Assembly (NCBI RefSeq): GCF_965240435.1
Contig: NZ_CBDEKO010000003.1
Direction: 5' to 3' (one strand)
Source of the DNA: Moorena producens
GTDB taxonomy: Bacteria > Cyanobacteriota > Cyanobacteriia > Cyanobacteriales > Coleofasciculaceae
Length of the DNA stretch: 64,000 nt
The notes beneath the pieces are model-generated. The model saw only the letters and a list, made by a program, of their open reading frames with translations, was not told the DNA's origin and ran no database searches. This document shows positions 1 to 11,063 of this stretch, piece by piece. A program made the translations under genes and the position numbers. The first letter of the stretch is position 1. Each line of letters opens with the position of its first letter.

Positions 1-375
1 TGTAGTAAAGCCAGAAACTAAATTCGCCTCAATGGTGTGAACATGATAACAAGCTTTAGCATCTGGGAATAAAGAGTAGATACTTTGATCAATGCTTGTT
101 TCAGCTCAAGGACGAGATTCAGGTGATGTTTTTTCTACCACCCTGCCATCAGTGGCTATGGGAATAAAGTCTTTGCTGCCTAGCTGCCCTTTATGGCATC
201 CACTCGCAGTAATCCAGAAGCTGCCATCGGGCTGTTTAGCAGAGAGGTTACCGGCTGTCCCCACCATCCAACCTAATTGATAGAAGTGACTAGCAGCACT
301 GATTAAGGTTGGTCTTGGATCAATAGCTGAACGTAATTGCTGGTCATTGCCGATTGAGGAGCCATGATTAACCAT
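1..375 (-). pseudogene. mtnB: Methylthioribulose-1-phosphate dehydratase (class II aldolase/adducin family), partial at the window edge, with an in-frame TGA at 106-108
   Basis: ORF 106..420 reads ...TAGNLSAKQPDGSFWITASGCHKG..., which matches the MtnB N-terminus (SGNLS, TASG). After the stop at 106-108 the same frame continues AETSIDQSIYSLFPDAKACYHVHTIEANLVSGF to position 1. That stretch matches the MtnB H-x-H region. The start is probably MVNHG at ~375, 4 nt after the mtnX stop. Confidence 0.6.
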
Positions 376-1024
376 TGTTCCACCGCTGGGATAGCTGTTG
401 TTGTACATCAAAAAAATCATCCCACGGAATGTAGGGCTTTTGGCGCTCCTCCAGGTATTTGCTGAGGCGATCGCGGGCGAATACTACCGGGGCTTTCAGG
501 CTCATATTAAAGTCCGTTACCGAATCTCCAATGGCGATCTGCTCTTGAGCTGGGTGTTGTGCCATAACCCGCACTTTAGACACAAGTTCTGTATCTCCTT
601 CAAACTCAGAGGTTACCTTTAGAAAATTACTGGTAGTTTCCACATCAACAGCATAAATAGCTGCTACCCGCTCAAGTAAGGATTTTTTCCCCGTGCTTCC
701 CTGGCTCAGAACCGTTTCCACCATGCACCGCAAACCACCGGAAACCACAATAAAAGGAACATTCTGAGTTTCAAGAAAGTCTAACAATTGCTCTAAACCA
801 GGCCGAATCGGTTTGGATTCGGCATAGGCAATAATGTCAGGATAGCTGGCTGAAGGAATTGACTCTAGCATCTGGCGCACACCTTCCCTTAGAGTCAGCT
901 TCATACTGTACAGCTGGGGCATAATTTGGGCGGACAACTCGGGAGCAAATTGTTTGAGCATGCCCACAAAGGTTTCAACGGCGGTAATGGTACCGTCGAA
1001 GTCGCAGAATACAACTCGATTCAC
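368..1024 (-). CDS. mtnX: HAD-superfamily phosphatase, 2-hydroxy-3-keto-5-methylthiopentenyl-1-phosphate phosphatase-like
   Basis: N-terminal DFDGTIT HAD motif I and a later GDSVTD motif. It sits between mtnW and mtnB as in Bacillus-type methionine-salvage clusters. Confidence 0.6.
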   Translation of the reverse strand: MNRVVFCDFDGTITAVETFVGMLKQFAPELSAQIMPQLYSMKLTLREGVRQMLESIPSASYPDIIAYAESKPIRPGLEQLLDFLETQNVPFIVVSGGLRCMVETVLSQGSTGKKSLLERVAAIYAVDVETTSNFLKVTSEFEGDTELVSKVRVMAQHPAQEQIAIGDSVTDFNMSLKAPVVFARDRLSKYLEERQKPYIPWDDFFDVQQQLSQRWNNG

Positions 1025-1275
1025 AATGGTATTTAGTCTAAGAGTGCTCAGTCCTGAGTAAGAACTGTCGCTGTTGATGATATGTTCACGATCAATAGTA
1101 TTACTATAGGCATTACTCTAGCATTTATCAAAAAGGTGAGGTGCTTAATACCTTGGGGGTGCGTGGGATTAGGTATTACTGTGTGATGATTACAGAGTAT
1201 GGTAAATAAATCAAAATGTACCCCATAATCATGATAAACACCATCTTGTCATTACCCCATAACCCGATTACCCGA

Positions 1276-2376
1276 TTACCTCCGAGATGAATGTATGGCT
1301 TCAAAAAATGCTTTAACGCCAGCAGCAGGACCATCGGGATGATCCATAATGCCAGTTCCAGCATTAAGAATAACCTCTTGTCCGTAATCTCCTACAACCT
1401 TAGGCACAATCCCGGCATGAATGCCAGCGGAGGGGATAGGAAATACATTACGCGATCGCAAACTATCTCGAATTCGCTTTTCCTCCTCTGGGTCAAAGGG
1501 TAAACTACCATAATGGGCGGGATATAGCACCGCATCTGCCCCACCATGAGCCATCAGGGTTCCCAACACCACTGAGTAAGCCATCCCGTGGTTAGGGGCT
1601 CCACAGAGTGCTCCTGCTAAGGCCGGATGGGCAAAAATCGGTACATTAATCTCTGGATCAGCAGCTAGGGCTTCTAGGACAGAGAAACCGTAGGTCAAGA
1701 CATTCAGCAGCAGGGCATTTGCACCTTCTTTAACCAAGGTATGAGCTTTCTCAAGCAATTTGTCAGCCGAACCAGTTACATTAACGGCATAGAGTACGGT
1801 GCGCCCAGTTTGCTGTTTTATTTCATCGAGTACCTTACGGCAGACTTCTAGACGTTTCAGGGTTGGTGCTATCTCCAAATCCCCCAGAATCTCATCATCT
1901 TTAATAATGTCAAGTCCAGCTCCAGCAACCTCTTGTAAAATTTTCCCATGGTCTTCCGCTGAGAGTCCCAACGCTGGCTTAAAAATTGCCATAATCAGGG
2001 GACGGTCAACTACTCCTAGTCTTTCCCGAATCCCGGTAATTCCGAATTTGGGATGCCTACCGTAGTGTTCTGGCAAGCGCACTGCCATGACTTTAGCTGG
2101 TCCTGCCATGGAGTATTTACCAAAAATCATGGTTAGTAGAGTAGGGATATCGTTTTCCACATTAGCTTCAGGAAAACGGATGGTAGCCAAACCAGAACCA
2201 TCAGGGTTAATGACACCTTGAACAACAGTACCAAGATGGGAGCGAAACACATTTTCGAGATGGGCAAAACGAGCATTCCAGGTGCCTGCGGTTTGCCCAA
2301 CAGCAATCACTTTCGCTTGTTTTTCGACATCAACACCGCGAGGAAAGCGGTAGTCAACTTCAATGGACATATTCAA
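1276..2376 (-). CDS. mtnW: RuBisCO-like protein (form IV RLP) / 2,3-diketo-5-methylthiopentyl-1-phosphate enolase
   Basis: 366 aa with the RuBisCO large-subunit core motif GAGLDIIKDDE (compare GGLDFTKDDE). It lacks a RuBisCO small-subunit partner and sits in the mtn cluster. It is intact. Confidence 0.8.
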   Translation of the reverse strand: MNMSIEVDYRFPRGVDVEKQAKVIAVGQTAGTWNARFAHLENVFRSHLGTVVQGVINPDGSGLATIRFPEANVENDIPTLLTMIFGKYSMAGPAKVMAVRLPEHYGRHPKFGITGIRERLGVVDRPLIMAIFKPALGLSAEDHGKILQEVAGAGLDIIKDDEILGDLEIAPTLKRLEVCRKVLDEIKQQTGRTVLYAVNVTGSADKLLEKAHTLVKEGANALLLNVLTYGFSVLEALAADPEINVPIFAHPALAGALCGAPNHGMAYSVVLGTLMAHGGADAVLYPAHYGSLPFDPEEEKRIRDSLRSRNVFPIPSAGIHAGIVPKVVGDYGQEVILNAGTGIMDHPDGPAAGVKAFFEAIHSSRR

Positions 2377-2398
2377 TAAGTTATGAACTGGGATATTC

Positions 2399-3398
2399 TC
2401 AAACAGCTACTAACGGCTTCATCCGAATTTCCGTACCCGTGTATACCGGAATCCAGCCTTCAGTAGTGATCAAGTAGCGCACAGCTTTAACCCGTCGTGA
2501 TGGTGTCAGATAAAACCAATGTTCAGTATTCGCTGGGACATTAATGTACTCCTGAGGCTGCACACTCAACTCCATTTGGCTGCCATCAGGACGTACAAAC
2601 CCAAAAACCCCAACTCCTGCAAATATGTAGCGCACTTCATCGTCAGTATGGTAGTGACAATCCGTGAAGTACCCCAACCTGCTTAGCTGAGGTTGGGGCA
2701 AACCATTCTCAGTTCAATCAGGGACGGTCTTATTCGTCTTCAGGGCTTCCCGCTTCATCCGCCAATGCCTCAACCAGCGAACTGGAATTGGTCTTACTCA
2801 GCGTCCACAGGCAGACATCCGCCTTCCGCAGACGTATAACTTTTACGACAGACTTACCATGGAATTACAGCTCAATGGCTAACCAGCTGGGGCAAGTCTC
2901 TTCCCTGAGCTCCGCTAGTACTTTGTATACCTAATAGGTCATTAACAACGCGCTTGATATTTAGACGTTTTTTTAGGTAGCCTTTTAGTCGGTCAGGCGG
3001 GTCAGCAACCATCTTCATTATAACCTGAATCCTTTTGAGTTGCAAGTTATCGTTTCGCTATCCATCCCCACCTTGGAAGAAGGTGGGGATGAATAGCGAA
3101 TTTTGTTTCCTTTGGAAAGGAGCTTATCAAGATTAGGTATGTCTGGGTAAAGAACGATTAAGTCACGGGATTGATAGCCAGCGGTTTGCTTAAGTTGTTC
3201 AAAGTAGCTATCTAAAGCTTTCAGTACTTTCTCCTTTTCAATATCACTGAGGGTGTCTTGCTCTAGAAGGCGGTGAATTTCTGGGTTGTCCCCTACAGAC
3301 CAGTGATTTAGCTGAATCTTCAGAGGCGCTAATTCTTGGGCAATATCACTTAGCTCGGTATAGGTTGTACCATCTTCAAGTCGCAAAACCGCCATCAT
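2399..3398 (-). pseudogene. mtnD: Acireductone dioxygenase (cupin), split into an N-terminal ORF (3018..3398) and a C-terminal ORF (2399..2701) by a ~440-bp insertion
   Basis: N-terminal ORF MAVLRLEDGTTYTELSDIAQELAPLKIQ...YPDIPNLDKLL parallels B. subtilis MtnD up to the LDELL position, then diverges and stops. The C-terminal ORF starts at TTG and carries the ARD metal motif HYHTDDEVRYIFAGVGVFGF plus the cupin C-terminus TEGWIPVY. Confidence 0.6.
2676..3116. mobile_element. MITE-like, hairpin-ended, non-coding insertion inside mtnD
   Basis: The sequence between the two mtnD homology blocks has no ORF. A perfect hairpin CATCCCCACCTT-cttcc-AAGGTGGGGATG lies near one end (3056-3084). A second hairpin CCCCAACCT-cagctaagc-AGGTTGGGG lies at the other (2668-2694). 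The boundaries are approximate. Confidence 0.35.
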
Positions 3399-3639
3399 GT
3401 ACCTCCTGTTGGCTGTTCGATCTCCAAAGCCCTATATTATAATATTAAGCATTCATCTAGGTCAACCCACACCAGCCATCCAAACAGTATTATTAGGTAT
3501 CAAAAGGCATAAAACCCTTCCATAAAGGCTGTTTTAGAATAAAGTTCGCCCAGTTTTCCTCAGAAAGGTTAACATAAATTAATATAAGAAGCTAAATTCT
3601 ATATTTGCCACATCCTCGAATCTATGGAGGTAACAACGA

Positions 3640-5481
3640 GTGAATAAAAAGTGGAGAAACGCAGGGCTGTATGCACTCCTAGCCATAGTGGTGATCGCCC
3701 TTGGTACAGCATTTTTGGACAAACCGTCCCCAAGTCGAGATACGTGGCGGTACGACCAGCTGATTAGCCAAGTCGAGAGCGGCAAGGTGGAAACCGTTAG
3801 AATCAGTGCTGACCGCAGTAAAGCGATCGCGATCGCTCAAGATGGTCGTCAGGTAGAGGTCAATCTCCCCAATGACCCACAACTAATCAACCTTCTGAAT
3901 AATAACGGTGTAGATATTTCAGTTCTACCCCAGAGTGATGAAGGCTTCTGGTTCAAGACCTTAAGCAGCTTCTTCTTCCCGATTCTGCTCTTGGTGGGAT
4001 TGTTTCTATTACTGCGGCGTGCCCAGAATGGCCCAGGTTCTCAAGCCATGAACTTTGGCAAGTCTAAGGCTAGAGTCCAAATGGAACCCCAAACTCAGGT
4101 AACCTTTGGGGATGTGGCAGGTATTGAGCAAGCCAAGCTAGAGCTTAACGAAGTAGTAGACTTCCTCAAAAATGCTGACCGCTTCACTGCTATTGGGGCT
4201 AAAATTCCCAAGGGAGTCCTGCTCGTGGGACCTCCAGGAACCGGTAAAACTCTCTTAGCTCGTGCAGTAGCTGGGGAAGCAGGTGTTCCGTTTTTCTCCA
4301 TCTCTGGTTCTGAGTTTGTCGAGATGTTCGTAGGGGTTGGTGCTTCTCGGGTGCGAGACCTATTTGAGCAAGCCAAAAACAATGCTCCGTGTATTGTATT
4401 CATTGATGAAATCGATGCTGTGGGACGTCAGCGGGGTGCCGGTTTAGGCGGTGGTAATGATGAACGGGAGCAAACCCTCAACCAGTTGCTGACTGAAATG
4501 GATGGGTTTGAAGGTAATACCGGTATTATCATTATTGCTGCTACCAACCGCCCAGATGTTCTTGATGCTGCCCTACTACGCCCTGGTCGTTTTGATCGAC
4601 AGGTAGTAGTAGACCGTCCTGATTATTCCGGACGTTTGGAAATTCTCAACGTTCATGCTCGTGGGAAAACCCTGGCCAAAGATGTGGATCTCGAGAAGAT
4701 TGCCCGTCGGACCCCTGGTTTCACCGGAGCAGATTTATCCAACTTGCTCAATGAAGCAGCAATTTTGGCAGCCCGTCGCAACTTAACCGAAATCTCTATG
4801 GATGAGGTGAATGATGCCATTGACCGGGTACTTGCAGGGCCAGAGAAGAAAGACCGGGTAATGAGCGAGAAACGCAAAACCCTCGTAGCGTTTCACGAAG
4901 CAGGTCACGCCCTTGTGGGTGCCTTAATGCCTGATTATGACCCAGTGCAGAAAATTAGCATTATTCCTCGGGGTCGTGCTGGTGGTTTGACTTGGTTCAC
5001 CCCTAGCGAAGACCGGATGGATTCAGGCATGTTTTCCCGTTCTTACCTGCAAAATCAGATGGCAGTGGCCTTAGGTGGTCGGATTGCTGAAGAAATTATC
5101 TTCGGTGAAGAAGAAGTGACCACAGGTGCTTCCAATGACTTGCAACAGGTGACTCGGGTGGCACGGCAGATGGTGATGCGCTATGGTATGAGCGATCGCC
5201 TTGGCCCAGTAGCCCTAGGACGGCAGAATGGCAGTATGTTCCTAGGTCGGGATATTGCCTCAGACCGGGATTTCTCAGATGCCACAGCATCAACCATTGA
5301 TGAAGAGGTTCGCAAGCTAGTTGATGAAGCCTACGAACGGGCTAAGAATGTAATTCTTGGCAATAAGCACATCCTCGATAAGCTTGCTGAAATGCTGATT
5401 GATAAAGAAACCGTAGATGCTGAGGAACTCCAAGAGATTCTAAGCACTAACGATGTCAAGATGGCTGCGATCGCTCTTTAA
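3640..5481 (+). CDS. ftsH: ATP-dependent zinc metalloprotease FtsH
   Basis: 613 aa with N-terminal TM helices, Walker A GPPGTGKT, the SRH region, the zinc motif HEAGHA and the FtsH C-terminal domain. It starts at GTG. Confidence 0.95.
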   Translation: MNKKWRNAGLYALLAIVVIALGTAFLDKPSPSRDTWRYDQLISQVESGKVETVRISADRSKAIAIAQDGRQVEVNLPNDPQLINLLNNNGVDISVLPQSDEGFWFKTLSSFFFPILLLVGLFLLLRRAQNGPGSQAMNFGKSKARVQMEPQTQVTFGDVAGIEQAKLELNEVVDFLKNADRFTAIGAKIPKGVLLVGPPGTGKTLLARAVAGEAGVPFFSISGSEFVEMFVGVGASRVRDLFEQAKNNAPCIVFIDEIDAVGRQRGAGLGGGNDEREQTLNQLLTEMDGFEGNTGIIIIAATNRPDVLDAALLRPGRFDRQVVVDRPDYSGRLEILNVHARGKTLAKDVDLEKIARRTPGFTGADLSNLLNEAAILAARRNLTEISMDEVNDAIDRVLAGPEKKDRVMSEKRKTLVAFHEAGHALVGALMPDYDPVQKISIIPRGRAGGLTWFTPSEDRMDSGMFSRSYLQNQMAVALGGRIAEEIIFGEEEVTTGASNDLQQVTRVARQMVMRYGMSDRLGPVALGRQNGSMFLGRDIASDRDFSDATASTIDEEVRKLVDEAYERAKNVILGNKHILDKLAEMLIDKETVDAEELQEILSTNDVKMAAIAL

Positions 5482-5737
5482 CACAAGGCGATTTGGGCAA
5501 TCACCTAGGTAAATACAATGGTGAATACAATAGCCTCTAGCTATTAATCATCCTTAACAGGATACAGCAACAGGACAGTGTAACTAAGCACTGTCCTGTA
5601 TTATTTTGAGATTAAATCTTAAACAAGCATAACGATATAATTATTTCTGTTAAAAATTCCATAAGCTAATTTAAATAATAAGTCAGGGGATCCTATAATC
5701 CGACTGATTTTATTTGTGATAGTATAATCAAACCAAA

Positions 5738-5818
5738 GCTAGGGGTGCCTGAGCAACCAGGCTGAGATTACACCCTTAGAACCTGAGTCCGGTTAATACC
5801 GGCGGAGGGAAGCTGTGA
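5738..5818 (+). promoter_or_regulatory. TPP (thiamine pyrophosphate) riboswitch, THI element
   Basis: AGGGGTGCCTGAGCAACCAGGCTGAGATTACACCCTTAGAACCTGAGTCCGGTTAATACCGGCGGAGGGAAG carries the THI-box hallmarks (GGGGTGCC, CTGAGA, ACCTGA-CCGG-TAATACC). It sits directly 5' of thiC. A TATAAT lies at 5723-5728. Confidence 0.85.
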
Positions 5819-7207
<1,389 letters not shown>

Positions 7208-7237
7208 TTTAATCATCAATCAACTAAACCTTTTAAA

Positions 7238-7272
7238 AAAACCGGTTTCTGAGCAGAAGCCGGTTTTTTTGA
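7238..7272 (+). terminator. Rho-independent terminator after thiC
   Basis: AACCGGTTTCTGAGCAGAAGCCGGTTTTTTTGA: a GC-rich imperfect stem followed by a T7 run. Confidence 0.7.
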
Positions 7273-7308
7273 CTTTTACTGCCACGTACCTATTAGAGCG
7301 CTACGGGC

Positions 7309-7436
7309 TGGGAATCGGGAATCGGGAATCGGGAATCGGGAATCGGGAATCGGGAATCGGGAATCGGGAATAGGAAATACCAAATAGGAAATAGGGAATA
7401 CGCAATAAGGAATACGCAATTGGGAATAGGGAATAG
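7309..7436. repeat. STRR-like heptamer tandem array (GGGAATC x8, then degenerate GGAAATA/GGGAATA)
   Basis: Direct reading of the sequence. Confidence 0.9.
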
Positions 7437-7655
7437 ACAAGAAGCAATAGAAAAGCCAAGTTACACAGCTTTTAGCAATTATCAGCTCACCATTATTTGT
7501 AAATACATGATCGCGTATTTAGTAAATAACTATATGTAGAATTTATGAAGCTATTTCATATAAACTCGATAATTATAACGCATCTCCTAAAATTAGATGC
7601 TTCACAGCTGATTAACCAGTTGATTTAAGATAAAACTCAGGGAATTTTCAGATGA

Positions 7656-8423
7656 GTGACTGATGGTAGTGATAGAGCTAAGATAAAACACACAAAGGAT
7701 AAAAAAATGACAACTCGTGATGAATTTTGGACTATGGCAGATCATTCTCGACTGGAAGCTGAATATCTAGCTGATGAGAAACTGCAATATTTACAACATG
7801 CCCCACTGGAAGCTTTACAGCAGATATGTATCCAGTACCGTCATTTTACCAAAGAGTTTCCTGATAATCTGGCAATTCTAATTTCAAAAGCTCCTTATGG
7901 AAAATTTAAAAGCTTAACCGCTGAAATACTAGCAGAAGAGTTAGGTGAAGGAGATCATGAGAAGAATCATCTCCAACTCTGGGATAAGTATCTGTTAAGT
8001 ATTGGTCTAAATCAAGAGTTATTTGAGGACTCTCTGAGCGAAGAAAATAATATTTTGCTTGATGAAATAAAGCAACTAACATTAAACAAGCCTACCACCT
8101 ATGTTATTGGATTATGTGGCATGGGTGGAGAGTGTCTTTGCCAAGTTTATCTGTCTACTATGTACAAATATCTTGTCAAAAACCCATACATAAAAGAAAA
8201 CAAACAGATCATTGATTGGGAATTTTGGAACTTTCATGTTGGCGAAGCTGATATTATCCATCGTCAAAAGGTCAGAGATGCCATTAATGAGATAGTTGAT
8301 GCCGATCCATCTACCGTAGATGATTTAACCGCTGGCTATCAGAAAGCCAAACATAATTGGGATACATTTTGGACGAATAACTACAAATTAGCCATGACTA
8401 AGCAGATGGCAGCTGTAAATTGA
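7656..8423 (+). CDS. Heme-oxygenase-like-fold protein (TenA/PqqC/CADD iron-containing redox enzyme superfamily)
   Basis: Helical protein with AEELGEGDHEKNHLQLW and ...QYRHFTKEFPDNLAILISKAP blocks reminiscent of PqqC/CADD/TenA. The start is probably MTTRDEFW (~7707). The call rests on weak motif resemblance. Confidence 0.4.
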   Translation: MTDGSDRAKIKHTKDKKMTTRDEFWTMADHSRLEAEYLADEKLQYLQHAPLEALQQICIQYRHFTKEFPDNLAILISKAPYGKFKSLTAEILAEELGEGDHEKNHLQLWDKYLLSIGLNQELFEDSLSEENNILLDEIKQLTLNKPTTYVIGLCGMGGECLCQVYLSTMYKYLVKNPYIKENKQIIDWEFWNFHVGEADIIHRQKVRDAINEIVDADPSTVDDLTAGYQKAKHNWDTFWTNNYKLAMTKQMAAVN

Positions 8424-8462
8424 GTGAATAATTGAGTGAATAACTGAGTGAATAACTGAGTG
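8420..8462. repeat. Tandem 11-12-mer repeat TGAGTGAATAA x3.5, overlapping the stop codon of the upstream gene
   Basis: Direct reading. Confidence 0.8.
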
Positions 8463-8501
8463 GCATAGAAGTAAGTAGAGTTCATCAATCAAATCACTCT
8501 A

Positions 8502-8556
8502 CTGCTATAAGAAATATCGAATCCTCACAAATTGACCCGATATTTCTTATAGCAGT
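8502..8556. other. Perfect 18-bp inverted repeat (CTGCTATAAGAAATATCG ... CGATATTTCTTATAGCAG) with a ~18-nt loop
   Basis: Direct reading. It lies between the HO-like gene and cysE and could be a terminator or a protein-binding palindrome. Confidence 0.6.
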
Positions 8557-8669
8557 TGGCAATTTAATCAGGTACATCTGAAAACCATGAACGACACACA
8601 GGACAAGGAAAAGCAAAAAAGCCGATGCCTGATAGTTCACTGCTAACTGCTATATTAGCTTGACTCAAA

Positions 8670-9485
8670 ATGAAACAAAAATCAGAAATGAAGCATTCTC
8701 TTGAAGCTTTGGAGAAACATGGCCAAACCACAGCTTCATCTACATTAGGCTTGTGGGATTCTATTCGAGCAGATTTTGAGGCTGTGTTTGAGAAAGATCC
8801 TGCTGCATGCTCTTGGCTTGAGGTGTTAACTTGCTATCCAGGCTTACAGGCAGTTACGGTTCATCGCTTTGCTCATATCTTATATCGCCACCGTTTATTT
8901 TGGCTGTCTCGCTTCGTATCCTACATTGTCCGTTGGCTAACAGGAATTGACATTCATCCAGGTGCTACCCTTGGTCGGGGCATATTTATTGATCACGGTG
9001 CAGGTGTAGTAATTGGGCAAACCGCCATCGTTGGAGATGGAACCTTAATTTATCAAGGCGTTACTTTAGGTGGGACTGGTAAACAACTAGGTAAACGTCA
9101 TCCTACTGTGGGAAAAAATGTAATCGTCGGAGCAGGAGCAAAAATTCTTGGGGACATTGAAATTGGTAACAATAGCCGTATTGGAGCAGGCTCAGTAGTT
9201 TTACGCTCTGTTCCTAGTGACTGCACTGTCGTTGGGATTCCCGGACGGATAGTTAGGCAATTCGCCAAACCGATTAGTCCACTTGCTCACAGTAACATCC
9301 CGGATCCAGTAGCTAATGTGGTTGATAAACTTATCCAAAGGATAGATGAGTTGGAAATCAAACTAAACCAATTGCAGCAGTGTAGAGAAATGCAGTTCAC
9401 CGAAAAGCTGTTGTGTCAAGCTCCAGCTATCAACTTATCTCACAATACTAATTTAGATAGCCGCCAGCTAGCAAAAGTAGATTAA
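8670..9485 (+). CDS. cysE: Serine O-acetyltransferase
   Basis: Left-handed beta-helix hexapeptide repeats (GIDIHPGATLGRGIFIDHGAGVVIGQTAIVGDGTLIYQGVTLGG) and a SATase N-terminal block (DPAA.SWLEVL..YPG). It has a C-terminal coiled-coil extension. Confidence 0.85.
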   Translation: MKQKSEMKHSLEALEKHGQTTASSTLGLWDSIRADFEAVFEKDPAACSWLEVLTCYPGLQAVTVHRFAHILYRHRLFWLSRFVSYIVRWLTGIDIHPGATLGRGIFIDHGAGVVIGQTAIVGDGTLIYQGVTLGGTGKQLGKRHPTVGKNVIVGAGAKILGDIEIGNNSRIGAGSVVLRSVPSDCTVVGIPGRIVRQFAKPISPLAHSNIPDPVANVVDKLIQRIDELEIKLNQLQQCREMQFTEKLLCQAPAINLSHNTNLDSRQLAKVD

Positions 9486-9488
9486 CTA

Positions 9489-11063
9489 TTGTTAATACAG
9501 GAGACAAATGTCTTGGAAATCATAATTGCTACTATGCCTTTGTGGGTAGCCATAGTAATGCTAGTGGTATTGCAGCGACCAAGCCAACAGGCAGGACTTG
9601 CTACTTTGATAGCTGCTATGGGATCAACACTACTATTTCCTGTTTTTCGTTTGTTTCCTGGGCAATTACTACTTGCTTTGGTCAAGGGACTTGCGACATC
9701 ACTATCAGTTTTCTATGTGCTATTTCCCAGTTTGCTACTTTACTATCTGCTCAAGTCTGTAGATGGTATGAGCCTTTTAGGACGGGGTATTGCTCGCTTA
9801 GTTCCTGAGCGAGACTTACAGGTGTTGCTGCTAGTGATTGGGTTCGCTCCTTTTGCCGAGTCAGTTAGTGGATTTGGAGTTGGTACCATTTTAGTAATTC
9901 CACTGTTTCTCGCATTAGGTTATAGTTCTGCTCAGTCAGCTATACTGGGTATTTTGGGTCAAATGGCTGTACCTTGGGGAGGATTAGCCATAGGTACAGT
10001 TCTTGGAGCAGAAATAACTAATCTAGATCCTAGTATTCTAGGTTCGACTACTGCTGTTTTGACTGCTCCTCTGCCCGTAGTTTACGGACTGGTGGCACTA
10101 GCAGTGAGTGGCGGAAAGAAATCCGTGCAACGCCGATGGCCAGAAGCGATCGCTGCCGGAGTGCTTCTTACCATAGGAGTTTGGGGGTTCAGTTGGATTC
10201 CTGGGGTTGAACTTGCCGGTGTACTTGGCAGCACAGTGGTGATGTCATTCTTAGTGGTGTGGGCAAACCGAAAACTATTTCATAAACTATTTCATAAGGC
10301 AAAACGAAAAAGACCAGTAAATCTAGTCAACACTGCCCGTAATAGTTCCGAAAAAACGGCTCATGATTCGGCTAAGTATGGTATTACTAAAGTATCCCTC
10401 TGGCAGGTAATAGCTCCCTACGGAATTCTGACAGCAATTCTGCTGATCTCTCGCTTAGTTGTTCCTCTAAAAATTTGGCTGAAGAGCCATTTTGTGATAT
10501 CAATAGCTGCCATAAATCTAAATCTACCGCTGCTTTACAACCCAGGCTTTTATTTACTTTTGACAGCTTTGGCTACAGTCACAATTTTGGGAACAGTCGT
10601 ACACAAACTGCAAGTGATAACAATACAAGCTTGGCAACAATTTATCCCTGGAGCCATCGCACTCGCCTGTTTTCTAGCAGCCTCTCAAGTTATGCAAGCC
10701 AGTGGCATGATAGCTAGTCTAGGCATGGCCGCAGCAACACTTGGTGACAAGTATATATGGGTTGCACCTTGGTTAGCTGCTCTAGGAGGCTGGATTACTG
10801 GTTCAAATACTGCGAGTAATGCCCTACTTTCCCAATTACAACAAGAGGTAAGCATTCAGTCTGGCTTACCACTAGAGTGGCTGATGGGAGCTCAGAATGG
10901 AGCTAGCGCCCACGCCACGATGATTTCACCTGCTCGCGCTATTATTGCTGCCACTGCTGTTGGGTGGTCTGGAGCTGAAGTCTTCTTGCTCCGGCAGATG
11001 GGACTAGTGGTTCTAGGAGCAGTGGCAGTTATTATGTCACTTCTGGTTTTGGCTGTACCATAA
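9489..11063 (+). CDS. L-lactate permease (LctP) family transporter
   Basis: 524-aa polytopic membrane protein. Blocks GFAPFAESVSGFGVGT and GWITGSNTASNALLSQLQ parallel the LctP signature regions (GFCFGAFLEGAAGFGAP, GVFLTGSDTSSNALFAALQ). Confidence 0.7.
   Translation: MLIQETNVLEIIIATMPLWVAIVMLVVLQRPSQQAGLATLIAAMGSTLLFPVFRLFPGQLLLALVKGLATSLSVFYVLFPSLLLYYLLKSVDGMSLLGRGIARLVPERDLQVLLLVIGFAPFAESVSGFGVGTILVIPLFLALGYSSAQSAILGILGQMAVPWGGLAIGTVLGAEITNLDPSILGSTTAVLTAPLPVVYGLVALAVSGGKKSVQRRWPEAIAAGVLLTIGVWGFSWIPGVELAGVLGSTVVMSFLVVWANRKLFHKLFHKAKRKRPVNLVNTARNSSEKTAHDSAKYGITKVSLWQVIAPYGILTAILLISRLVVPLKIWLKSHFVISIAAINLNLPLLYNPGFYLLLTALATVTILGTVVHKLQVITIQAWQQFIPGAIALACFLAASQVMQASGMIASLGMAAATLGDKYIWVAPWLAALGGWITGSNTASNALLSQLQQEVSIQSGLPLEWLMGAQNGASAHATMISPARAIIAATAVGWSGAEVFLLRQMGLVVLGAVAVIMSLLVLAVP

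Noticed and set aside
92-622. Plus-strand ORFs 92..280 and 398..622
   Set aside because: They lie entirely antisense to the mtnB and mtnX coding sequences, whose homology is clear.
2676-3116. mtnD insert as an intein
   Set aside because: The N-terminal ORF runs into in-frame stops shortly after the homology ends, and no Hint or endonuclease motifs are present. The element is non-coding.
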